Part shown: positions 34,453-46,100 of the stretch, piece by piece
How positions within the stretch are numbered: the first letter of the stretch is position 1
Layout of the letters: every line of letters begins with the position of its first letter
Assembly: GCA_002269645.1 (NCBI GenBank)
Contig: NIVC01000031.1
Span: 1,116,001-1,180,000 of the forward strand
Reading direction: 5' to 3'
Length of the DNA stretch: 64,000 nucleotides
Source: Macrostomum lignano
Taxonomy: Eukaryota
The notes under the pieces: model-generated
Databases searched by the model: none
Told to the model about the DNA's origin: nothing
The model's input: the letters and a program-made list of their open reading frames with translations, nothing else
Made by a program: the position numbers and the translations under genes

Positions 34453-37020
34453 ATGGCAGCGAAGAAAAGTGTGAACGACACTTCTGAAGCCATTAGCGGT
34501 GACCATTCAGGTGCTGCTGGTGCACAAGTTTTTTCTGCTGGAGGTTTTTTTGTGGAATCATGCATATCAACTAATCTCTTCGTGAATCACTTTGATACAA
34601 GAACTTGTAAACTTAAGCCTTCTTGGTTGGATCAAGTCATTTATCCACTGTTAAGACAGCATGGTGAGTATTGTCAGTTCTCAGTTAATAAGGTTAGACT
34701 GCGTGCATTTAAGCGCCATAGGAAGGACTGCAGTTTTCTTTGGATGCGCCTAGTCTGTGCCGAAGGCTCTGGTTGCAGTATGGCATTCGTCGTCACCTTA
34801 AACAAGGCGCCGACTGATGGGCAGTCCTCTACACTGACGCTACGAAGAATCTCAGAGCACTCGGGGCATGATGTTCCATCAAGTTGTTCCTCTTATCGCT
34901 ATCTGTTGCAACGAGGTTCACAAGAGTGCCGTAACTTTGTTTTATCTCAGGCCACCAACCCTGCTGCCAAGCCAACGCAGATCTATGTGAAAGCAATCGA
35001 GCTGTTTGGTAGCGAAGCATGCTCTCTATCTGCTGTCCGTACAACTGTTAGTCGGACAAAAGCTGCCGACGACAAGTCTCCAGACGACATAAGAGATTTA
35101 AGACTCCAAATGAAAGACTGGAAGTTGACTATAAACGAGGATGGAGTCATTAGCGGCTATATCCAAAAGATTGACGTTGCACCAGTTAGTGTGATTCTCC
35201 ATACCTCCATGCAGTTGGATTTGCTTCGCGACGTGCTGAAAGGCAATCAGCTTGCTCCTCTCCACTTAGACGCCACCGGCGGAATTGTGCGACAGACCCA
35301 GAACGTGCCGAGCACTGTACTTCTGTGCAGTGCTGTTGTTGCAACCCCGGATATAAAGAGAACAGCTGTATCAGAAAGCATCATGGAGGTCACGCGCTCG
35401 GAAAATGTGTCCAGTTGGCTAATGCATTTTTTAGCAGATTTCGCTCGTCACTGCAACATAGGACTGTGGGAACTACCCAAGAAAGGTCCGCAAATCTACG
35501 TGTCTGACTTTAGCTGGGTTTTCATTCATGGTATTCTCCGAGCCGCATGCACGACCTGTGTTACAGACTACCTGCGTGTACAGTACAATCGACTTCGGAG
35601 TGCTGATCTGAAGCCACCTGAATCTCCTGTTGTGTTTATCTGTAGCTCGCATTTGCTGCGCGCTGTTGCCAGGACTTTGAAGTCACCAGATAAAATCGAT
35701 AAGGTTACTTATCGCGAGTTCATGCTCTCTTTTGCACTATTAGTGACGTCGAAAACTTTGCGTTGCGCCCAAGCTGTTTGGAAGGCAATGGTCGAGGTGT
35801 TTACCTCCAGGCGGGTAAATCCTGCCACTTTGAAGGCTTTACAAATTCTACATGGTAGGTTCGACTTCAGTTCGTTGGAGATTCCTGATGAAAACCAAGT
35901 GGCTGAAGATTCTGCTAATGTCTCAAATGCAGTGCAAGAAGACGTCGCATTGGCTGAATTGGAGACTGGACTACGAGCCTCATCACCTATTGCGAAGTAC
36001 TTCAACGATTTGACAAGCGAAGTGACAGCAAGCGATGGCAATGGCGTGCTGAACAATCTTTTCTACCCTCAGGCTGTTCAGGTTGTATTGCGAAAGTGGA
36101 TGCCACTGTTTCCTCTTTGGAGTGTGGCAGTGTTTGGAGGAAATCGTAGCGCACACGTGACCAACGCCGCTGTTGAATCATGGTTCAGCTGGTGCAAAAG
36201 CGAAGCACTGCCTTCTCCAAGTTCTCGGCTCAGGTTACCAAGATTTGTCCGTGCGCAACTAACAACCGTAAAACTGCAACTGAAGCGGTTGCAGCACGAG
36301 CAACATCCAATTCGCCCCCCAAAGCGTGCTAGAGGACGCAAATGTGGCTTTGATGCTCCGTTAAACCCACCTGGAGATCCCTGGAAAAGGTCAGGAGCCT
36401 CAAAAAGACGAAGAACCAGCTTCATTCAATCGGCATTATCAATTCCGCCAGCCGTTGCACCCACGACCTGTACTCTAGCTGCGCCTGCTGCAAGTGGGTC
36501 TCGCTTGGGCAGCCAGCCCGTCATTGTCCAGGTTCGGCCTGCTATTGCTCGCACGACCTGTACTCTAGCTGCGCCTGCTGCAAGTGGGTCTCGCTCGGGC
36601 AGCCAGCCCGTCATTGTCCAGGTTCGGCCTGCTATTGCACCCACGACCTGTACTCTAGCTGCGCCTGCTGCAAGTGGGTCTCGCTCGGGCAGCCAGCCCG
36701 TCATTGTCCAGGTTCGGCCTGCTATTGCACCCACGACCTGTACTCTAGCTGCGCCTGCTGCAAGTGGGTCTCGCTTGGGCAGCCAGCCCGTCATTGTCCA
36801 GGTTCGGCCTGCTATTGCACCCACGACCTGTACTCTAGCTGCGCCTGCTGCAAGTGGGTCTCGCTTGGGCAGCCAGCCCGTCATTGTCCAGGTTCGGCCT
36901 GCTATTGCACCCACGACCTGTACACTAGCTGCGCCTGCTGCAAGTGGGTCTCGCTCGGGCATTTCACCTGCACCAACAGCACAGAATACCACCTGTCACA
37001 GCCTACCAGATGAGCAAATT
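34453..37020 (+). CDS. MULE/NOF-FB-like DDE transposase (exon 1)
   Basis: N-terminal C-x5-C...H-x2-H (CAEGSGC...EHSGH), LHLDATG (D1), VSDFSW (D2), CSSH (MULE CxxH), TNAAVESWF (E), and a C-terminal 30-aa repeat. Donor ATT|GTGAGT at 37021; the raw ORF reads on to 37149. Confidence 0.88.
36455..36960 (+). repeat. 90-bp coding tandem repeat (~5.6 copies)
   Basis: Encodes APTTCTLAAPAASGSR(L/S)GSQPVIVQVRPAI repeats in the transposase frame. Confidence 0.95.
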
Positions 37021-37554
37021 GTGAGTGATGAAATTGCATTTTTTCAGTTTAGAAATACCTTCAGTCAACCCTTGTATTGGTTTACGTATTGTGTATGCGC
37101 CGTACACTCACTCCGCCACAATTTGCGTCTCCCACTAGATCTGTCGTAGTAATGTATGTGCCATGTCTCAGCAACTTGTGGGTAAGGTGCAACCTTATCA
37201 ATCAACTCTCTTTGTAGGCCTCCTCCGTCTCGACTGGCACAGGTATTTATATTGCACAATCCAACATGTTCCGTATGATGCACGTCTGTTACGTGATTGT
37301 TCTCTGATTAGAGATCTAAAGTTTATGATTCTATCATTTTTTTGCTTTTCGTGTCACCGATTATGCCCTTTTAAGTTTTACTAATTTCCATGAATTAGCA
37401 TTCAACATGTTGCTTTCCATAAGTATTTGTACTTTTAAGTTTCGTTTCTTTTGCTTACGTCGAGGCGCCATTTTTTGTTGTTAAATGGATGTGACTGGGC
37501 TGTTCACTGGGACATTTTGATGGTAAATTCGTTCCTAACCGCCAATTTTATTAG

Positions 37555-38634
37555 GACGCGCCGACACTGCAGTGTCATTTCCTGCACTATCGCCACGGTC
37601 GCCAGAGGGGCTACCGAATCCGATGGGCACGTATTGTGCTTTCAATGCCGCCAGTCAATGCTTGGTTGCAACATTAACGAGCGCACTATCGTGTGATGCA
37701 GATTCACCACTTGCATTGTTCCTTAACTGCCTAATGACAGGCAAAGACGTTCTGTTGCTGCATTCAGCCGCGTTTCAGTGGTGCAGTAAAGCATTTCATA
37801 TGGATCCTATGGCACAAAACTGTGCCTTAGAGTTTCTGACCGGAATGCTGTTTCTTTCTGAGCTCAAACTGCGATTCAGCTGCGAGGTAAGGGTGAACGG
37901 TTTATTAAGTTTATGACTATTTAAATGCGTTTTAGTAAAGTGATTTAAGCCTGCATCCTGAATCTAAATTTATTTGTAAGTTACCTTCGAAGACAGTATA
38001 TACTTTGCTGGAAGGCAAAGAATACCTTTCAATCGCGCTTCCACTGTGTGTTGGTCTTCACAGTTGCACCATGAGTACTGTTCCTATCCATCTTTTTTAT
38101 TTCGTAGATTTCTACAACTTTGAGTTGTTCCGCCTGTTTCAAAGTGACACGACTGCTACCTAGAGACACGGCAACTATTCTACGTTTATCAATTCCTGAT
38201 CACGACGACTCGCTTGATTTCCCGGCACTCATTAGACAGTCACTGTTTTCTACTCAAGACCACACCGACATCCGTTGTCCGACTTGCGACGTCGGGGGTG
38301 CAGCTATGCACAAACACTTGCAACAACGTCGGAGCACATATGCATGGGAATTAGCCGAGTCTCTGTCAAGCGCAGAAAGGGACAAACTGTACTATTCGAG
38401 AAGAACACTAAAGTTGTACCCATCGAGATGAAGCTTACTTTGAGTGGCAGAAGCTACAAGCTTCGTGCAGCCATCGTTCACATTGGTAGTCGCGTGAATA
38501 GTGGTCACTATATTGCATACGTATTCTGTGGCCGCACTAGCTACTGTGTCAGTGATTTGACTGTACGAAAATTATCTTTGTCAGCGGCATTCAATGACGT
38601 GAAGCGAAACTGCTGCGCTCTTTTTTACGGCTAA
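37555..38634 (+). CDS. Ubiquitin-specific protease (peptidase C19/USP) domain carried by the transposon
   Basis: Exon 37555-37886: Cys box GLPNPMGTYCAFNAASQCL and QNCALEFL (QxDAxEF-like). Exon 38108-38634: CSAC and CPTC zinc pairs and His box YKLRAAIVHIGSRVNSGHYIAYV...SD. One frame change at the G5 run 38294-38298. Confidence 0.85.
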
Positions 38635-39476
38635 CGTGCTGGTGATCTCCGTGTTATTAACATAATGTGGACGGTTTACTTATTTTCTTGAGTTTATTCG
38701 TGTTTGTAATGGTCTCATGCCGTTGAAAGTATAAATTCATAACTGATGATCGTGCTGTGTAATGTATTTATAACAAAAACTTTTAACTGTGTTGAAAAGG
38801 TCTACATATATACATGTACGGATTTGCATTTTATAGTTTACCGCCATTTTAATTCTCTATTTTTCTGTATGCGCTAAAAGCTGGGACTAAACGCCGTTAG
38901 TAAACCGTTTAGACAACGTGAGTTCTAAAACTTATAGTGTCAACTATATACTCTTTTCTTGCAGCTAAATACTCTCCATTTGAGTATAATCGTAATTGTT
39001 TTTGGCCTGTGAAACCTGTACACCTGTCACTTATCACTTAGGCCAATAAATGTCACAAAAGAAAAAATTGTTCAACGAAATACGTGCCATGAAACATTCC
39101 TTTGCTTTATTTATCCGAAAGAATTTATTTCAACACAAGGACTGACAACTAATACGGGTAAAGGAAATGAAACTGTTCAAATATAAGTATAAACTACAAT
39201 TAATCGTTCAAGGAAGTATAGATTAAAAACCACATAAGATACTTGTCTCATAGTTACTACTACGCTGAAGTCATTCAACTACATACTTTGTTGCAATGAA
39301 AATTGTTGCATGGTACAATAGATAAGCCAATAAGCTATACGAACGGTATGACTTTGTTTAATGCTCGAATACTAGCGTTCTTATTTTCGTGCAAAAGAAG
39401 CTGGCAAACTCGCATAACGAACTCGCAAACTGAACAGACACGCATCCGATATTCCGTCACGCATCATCCTAGTCTG

Positions 39477-40616
39477 TTACTCATGCCTCGTTCGCGAGCG
39501 CAATGACATCGCTGGTTGGACCGACCTTAAAGATCTCTGGGGCCTCTGCGATCTCCGACGCATTGGTTTTAGTGGTCCAAGAGCGGGACACTCGTACTGT
39601 TGGGACTGCCGCTGTTCATCCAGCTCGAGCTGCCGCTGCTCCTCTGGCAGTGCGAGTTGCCGTTGGCCGTCCTGTATCTGCGGATGCCGCTGTTCATCCA
39701 GCTCGAGCTGCCGCGGCTCCTCCTGCAATGCGAGTTGCCGTTGGCCGTCCTGTATCTGCGGATGCCGCTGTTCATCCAGCTCGAGCTGCCGCGGCTCCTC
39801 CTGCAGTGCGAGTTGCCGTTGGCCGTCCTGTATCTGCGGATGCCGCTGTTCATCCAGCTCGAGCTGCCGCGGCTCCTCCTGCAGTGCGAGTTGCCGTTGG
39901 CCGTCCTGTATCTGCGGATGCCGCTGTTCATCCAGCTCGAGCTGCCGCGGCTCCTGCAGTGCGAGTTGCCGTTGGCCGTCCTGTATCTGCGGATGCCGCT
40001 GTTCATCCAGCTCGAGATGCCGCTGCTCGTCTTGCAGCGCGTGCTGCCGCTGCTCCTCATCAGTTGGGCGTGATCGCCGCTGCATGAAACGCCGACGGTG
40101 CACAGTCGATTGTAGCTGACTGAAGCCGCGCGAGACAACGAGCAGAGAACGAAGAACAGACACATCACATGAAGAAATAAGGAGCCGAAAGCTCTGCAAA
40201 ACTTGCTTCCGCAGTCGCTTTGAACTTTGAAAATGGTGACCCGGAACCTCTCGACGTAGGACAACTGACTGCGTCAGATGTGGCTTAGTTACACGCTGCA
40301 GCCAAGCAATGCCATTACCACGGTGGTCTTTGTTTCCACAACCATATACACCGTGCAAAAATGCAACCTTGCTAGGATCGGTTATTAATTGGACAACAGA
40401 CACTCGATCACGTCCGCACCTACGAAATCCGTCTCGCACACGGATATTAGAATGATTAAATGAACGTGTGCAAACGCAAAGCCTCTGGCAAACCGACTGA
40501 ATCGATAGTTCATCGCTGTTGTTGAACGTCACAATGACAGGAAGAGAAGGGCATGGTAGGACCGCACCTACACAAGGCAGAACAGCATCCGGTGGGCCTT
40601 GTAATAACTGGTCCAT
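39477..40616 (-). CDS. Orphan ORF2 of the transposon (convergent), with a 26-aa Gln/Glu-rich repeat
   Basis: 379-aa ATG-started ORF lying between the USP region and the right satellite. The repeat QLELDEQRHPQIQDGQRQLALQEEPR has a 78-bp period. No family recognised. Confidence 0.5.
   Translation of the reverse strand: MDQLLQGPPDAVLPCVGAVLPCPSLPVIVTFNNSDELSIQSVCQRLCVCTRSFNHSNIRVRDGFRRCGRDRVSVVQLITDPSKVAFLHGVYGCGNKDHRGNGIAWLQRVTKPHLTQSVVLRREVPGHHFQSSKRLRKQVLQSFRLLISSCDVSVLRSLLVVSRGFSQLQSTVHRRRFMQRRSRPTDEEQRQHALQDEQRHLELDEQRHPQIQDGQRQLALQEPRQLELDEQRHPQIQDGQRQLALQEEPRQLELDEQRHPQIQDGQRQLALQEEPRQLELDEQRHPQIQDGQRQLALQEEPRQLELDEQRHPQIQDGQRQLALPEEQRQLELDEQRQSQQYECPALGPLKPMRRRSQRPQRSLRSVQPAMSLRSRTRHE
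39605..40030. repeat. 78-bp tandem repeat (~5.5 copies)
   Basis: gccgctgttcatccagctcgagctgccgc recurs every 78 bp; one unit is 3 bp shorter. Confidence 0.93.
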
Positions 40617-40744
40617 GAATATGGAAGAGTGCGATTTTAGTCATCAAAAGAGTCAGGAAAGATGGCAACATGGCAGAAGTATCCCAAGAGTTGTACAAAA
40701 AGAGAACCTAAAAGTTCCTACGAGTCTCGCAATTTAACATTCTT

Positions 40745-41720
40745 GGTATGGAGTTGGCATGCAGTTGGCATGTTGGTATGGAGTTGGTATGCAGTTGGTA
40801 TGCAGTTGGTATGCAGTTGGCATACAGTTGGTATGGAGTTGGTATGCAGTTGGTATGCAGTTGGTATGCAGTTGGCATACAGTTGGTATGGTGTTGGTAT
40901 ACAGTTGGCATGTTGGAATATAGTTGGTATGGAGTTGGTATGCAGTTGGTATGCAGTTGGTATGCAGTTGGTATGGAGTTGGTATGCAGTTGGCATGTTG
41001 GTATGGAGTTGGTATGCAGTTGGTATGCAGTTGGTATGGTGTTGGTATGCAGTTGGCATGTTGGTATGGAGTTGGTATGGAGTTGGTATGCAGTTGGTAT
41101 GGAGTTGGTATGCAGTTGGCATGTTGGTATGGAGTTGGTATGCAGTTGGCATGCAGTTGGTATGGTGTTGGTATGCAGTTGGCATGTTGGTATGTAGTTG
41201 GTATGCAGTTGGTATGGAGTTGGTATGGTGTTGGTATGCAGTTGGCATGTTGGTATGTAGTTGGTATGCAGTTGGCATGTTGGTATGGAGTTGGTATGCA
41301 GTTGGCATGTTGGTATGGAGTTGGTATGCAGTTGGCATACAGTTGGTATGGTGTAGGTATACAGTTGGCATGTTGGAGTATAGTTGGTATGGAGTTGGTA
41401 TGCAGTTGGTATGGAGTTGGTATGGTGTTGGTATGCAGTTGGCATGTTGGTATGTAGTTGGTATGGAGTTGGTATGCAGTTGGTATGCAGTTGGTATGGA
41501 GTTGGTATGGTGTTGGTATGCAGTTGGCATGTTGGTATGTAGTTGGTATGCAGTTGGCATGTTGGTATGGAGTTGGTATGCAGTTGGCATATTGGTATGG
41601 AGTTGGTATGCAGTTGGCATATTGGTATGGGGTTGGTATGCAGTTGGTATGGAGTTGATATGGTGTTTGTATACAGTTGGTATACAGTTGGCATGTCAGT
41701 ATGGATTTGGTATAGAGTTG
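40745..41720 (-). repeat. Satellite block of right arm (inverse of 31765-34378)
   Basis: (GTTGGTATGCA/GGA/GGT; GTTGGCAT)n, about 1 kb. Confidence 0.97.
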
Positions 41721-43115
41721 GTATGCTATTGGTGTGCAGTTGGCCACAATCTCACCTCTGGACACACATGTTAGAAGCTGTATTTAAATCTCAGTGTGCA
41801 ACCTTTTTTATATATAAGGTTGATATATATATATATAAAACCTACATAAACATATTTCTCTGACACTAGTTACTAGATTTCTTAAAAACTAAAAACCTTC
41901 TATAGGTATCAGTTTCTAGAACAAAATTTTGATTAATGAATAAATGAAATGGCAAGTTTTTAAAGCAATTGTAACAAATAATTTAGGGATTTACTTTGGA
42001 AAGTCAGATTGGAGTTAAGACTAATTTTATTTGAGCTTCAACTTACAACAATTTTTAAGCTTACTGGCAAATTTACAATTAGAATTTTAAGAGAAAATAA
42101 ACCTTGCCCAAAAGTATAAATCTATACATATTTTTTGTCAAACAAAAGCAAAAATATTTCAAATTATAAGCCTCTTTTCTTGGAGCATGCCAAAAATTCA
42201 CTTTTTTCAAATTTTGCCTTAAGTGATTCTTTTGTTTTATATTTAATGCCCACAATGGCTTTATTATATTCTATCCATATCTTTATCCTTCATTTCTATA
42301 TAAGACTTAATAGGTTTATGTTTCCTGGTTTCTACATTGAAATATTTGTAGTGAACATTATTTTTTTCAAGTAAAGTAAATACTTTTCGATTTATCTAAG
42401 CAAATATATTGGGAATATAATATAGTCTTAAATAAAAGAGTATACAATTCTACACTATGTAGATTTTTTTATTTTTTAAGGCTGGCATGCTAAATCTAAC
42501 TTCACGTGGGCACTTTGAAATAGTAAAATGGAGAAAACAGTTATACCATAGGGTAATCTTCAACCTTGATCATTTTTATATGTTTAGATGTATACATGCA
42601 TCCAAATTTTGACGAAAAACCCTGATCCATACAACACAAATACTTCAGCATTGGAAAAGCAACAGTTTCTCTTTTAAAAAACCTTGCAACCCTAAGTGAC
42701 AGTGTCACAAATGTCCGAGACAAAACAATATGTTGCACGATTTAAAACGGATAGTTTTATTTTCCAATGATTCACTAAAAGCTTGAACTTTTAACTTCAA
42801 CTAAAATGTACAAATACTATTGTACAAATACCTTGTACGCTTTTAATACCTAATTGAACTATTTAGCACGCTGCAGCTAATCGTTGTACACGATGCATGC
42901 ACGCACACTACGCGATAAAAGCCATAATTTGAAAGTCTGGAACGAGTGCACAAAAACAAAATTGCAAAATTAAAACTATGCATGGACTGCTTTATTTCAT
43001 TAAATATGAATTAGGAAGTGTCCTAGACAAATTTAATGCTTGTTCCTAACCGTACGACAGAAAATAAAGTGTCTGTAGAAGTGTCTGAATAAGTGTCGGC
43101 GAATGTTTCATACGT
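41475..43115 (-). repeat. Right long TIR
   Basis: Reverse complement of 30372-~32010. Confidence 0.92.
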
Positions 43116-46100
43116 CTTCAGAAAAGTGAAATAAAAAATTATTTAGGCTTAAAAATTTGAATTAAAACTAAAAAGTATGTTAAAGCCGGAATGCTCTTTT
43201 ATCATAAAGGGGAATAAATGTCGAAGTTCTCAGCGAAAAACGACATTTCTATGTGTATTCATTCAAAAGTGAAATTGTTGGAAAAGTGGCCTTCAAAACA
43301 TTTTCCATAGATTTGGAGTGTTGCGTCCTACTACTTTAGTATAGTCTTGCCTAACGCTTGTAAATGTACCCAAGAAACCGAAATTGATCCCACAGCATTT
43401 ACAATTATTGAATTTTAGTAGACCAAGTTGTTTGTGTAAGGATGTTTACTTATCTTCGCAAATGTTTTAATAATAATCTTTCCGTGCGAATTTGAATCGC
43501 AAAAAAGTCGAACAATGCTAGCTCAGAGGGGTTGAGAGATATCAGGCGGCAGACGGCACACAGTTGAGACGTTGTTAAGTAAGCCTAGACAGCTAGTCAC
43601 TATGAGATTTACGAAATATAAAACTAATACATACAAAATATACAGTTTTTTAATCTAAATTGAATTTTCTAACCTTTAAACTTGAGTTTAACATATTTTT
43701 ATGCAGCATAGGGCCCTAAAGTTAGATCCTACAGCAACCATCCATTACTTGACTCCATTCTCCAATGATAGGCCTTATTTTGAAAGTAGGCCTCCGCATG
43801 GACATGGCGTATTTTTAGCAATGTTTTATTCCATTTAATAAATCTTACTTTCCTGAGTTCAGTTAATAGAATGCAAAACTCTTTCTGTAGTGTAGGCCTG
43901 TCCCCCTATCTAATTTTCAACTTATTTTTCAATCTTTCTTTCAATTTCAATCAATTCCAATCTTATTTAAGTACTTGTTATTCAATATTGTGTGACTTCC
44001 TTATCATTTTAACATCTTGCTAACTTCCCATTCATTCTCCATCAAATTTTGAATTTTGCAAGTCTTTTTTACCTTAATCTTCAGGGTCCTTCAGTCATTC
44101 TAAGCAAAGCTGGCAGCTAGGGAAATATTTCAAATTAACTCCTTTAACTACTAAAGTACTAAAGAGTAATAAAGTACTCAATACTATTTACTAATTTAGT
44201 ATTCTGTAGGCCTAGTTTATTCAAAAAATATATTAAAAATTATCAATACAGATGGATCCATGTGAATAAAATTAGAATTATTGGCATAGGACTGTGGGGA
44301 TAAACATTTCATTTAATTATGTTTTTGAATTTAAGGAATTTTGAACAAAGTTTTAACAAAGTTAAACAATAGTTAGCAAGTTTGTTGTCACATTTGGTCA
44401 TTGCATTAGACATTATAGTAGTGTACCACCTAGAAAAATGTGCCAAAAGTGTTACCTAGGTAACAAAAGTACTATAGAAACTCATCTAAGTGTATCCAAT
44501 AGGGCATTAGATGTGCCATACATGGCTATGAACTGGGCTTATGTTAATAAGTACTGCAGGGCATCTAGCCATGATCTAGAAGAGTTGTTCAAGATTAGAG
44601 CTCTTAAAAATCAAGATTTAGACCAAGACAAGATTTGAGACAAGAAAAGTCTAAAGTCAAAAAAATTTAAGACAAGATAAGATAAGATTAAAAAATATTA
44701 AAGGTATTACAAATTTTGATAAATAAAATATATCTGTCAAATAGTTTTCATTTAGAATGAAAGAAAGAAATGACAAGTGAGAAGCTATAGCTTTTTTTGG
44801 TTTTTGTCTACAATCGTTCCAAGTATATTTCTCAATTGCAAAGTTTAATTTATGCATTAAATTAGTCACTTATTATAACAAATATGCCATAGGATTAGTA
44901 GATCCTTTAGTAAGTAGAAACAGTAAGTATACAAAAAAGTAATTTTCTCATTTTTCCTAACTCTCAAAGCCAAAGGTTTTTGCTTTCAAGGCTGCTTTGA
45001 TCAGACCTTAAATTAACAAACATTCCTTAGAAATCACTATTGAAAAGGCAAAACAATAAATATTAAATTAAACAAACTCAATTGAAAAAAAGACAGCTAT
45101 TACGTTTTGACTAATATCTTTATATTAAATAAATTAATAAAACTATATACAACTGTTTTTCCTTCATTAATTTTTGCCAAATTTGCCTAGATTGTGCTGA
45201 ACTTGCTTTCACCAAATTTGCCAAAAATTCATCAAATATGTCTATTATGAATCTTTGTCATAGAATTAGTTTGTTACCAAATTAGTCAGCACCTAAGAAG
45301 ATTGGTTAAGAATTAAAAATTTTTTTTTAATTACCAAGTTGCATTTTAAAATGACTTTTAGTTTTATGTTAGGCCAATTTAAAACTTTCCTTTTTGATAA
45401 ATTTCAAAATTCAAAAGCTTTTATTTTTGTATCACAGTTTTCACTAAGTCTTTCAATGAAAAAGACTAGGCCTAAATGGTTTATTATTCCAATAAAGAAA
45501 GGGTAGATAAATATTTTTAAAAGTTTTGCTTTACAAAACATATACTTTTTTTAGACAGTTATTTCCTTTTTTTTGATATAATTGCATCGCAACTGCAAAG
45601 TTATTTATTTGCAAATTTTCCATGATAAGATATATATTTATTTTTAGATATTTTGCAAGTTTTAATGATTTCAATTATTTAGCCTTTAGACTTTGACTTA
45701 GCTGCAAGGCAAAATTATTTGGCCTAGATATGTTATAAATGTAGAAACAAAATTGTGAAATTAATCAAGTAATCAAGAAAGTTATATTTTTGTGATATAA
45801 AGAGACATTTTTATTTATTTTTAATGCATATAAAATATAGCACTTTTTAAAAAAAATTCAAGTAAAAGTGCTATAACTTTAATATTTGTCTATTGAAGTC
45901 AATGTTCTTAGTATTATTATATATTTAAAATAATTATAGGATGGTATTGAATGTTTACTTAACCTAGTTTTTGGCTTTCATATACCTATTATCAATATCT
46001 CCAAGTGTCTCCTCAGCTATCATCAATGCCTATCCTTGGTCAGTTGCACTCTAGTTAGTATAAGCTTCTTATTTCCTAATAGGCCACAATTAATCTATTT

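Larger units (their letters stand above)
30372..43115 (+). mobile_element. 12.7-kb Foldback/Mutator (NOF/Rehavkus-like) DNA transposon
   Basis: Inverted termini ACGTATGAAACATTCGCCGAC... and TSD CTTCAGAA(A) at 30364 and 43116. Mirrored identical ORFs occur in both arms (coordinate sums equal 73487). Internal MULE-like transposase. Confidence 0.93.

Noticed and set aside
31711-34487. 800-900-aa ORFs (PYQLHTNCIPT...) and their antisense/mirror ORFs at 40662-41774
   Set aside because: All three frames are open because the satellite units lack stop codons; these are repeat artefacts, not genes.
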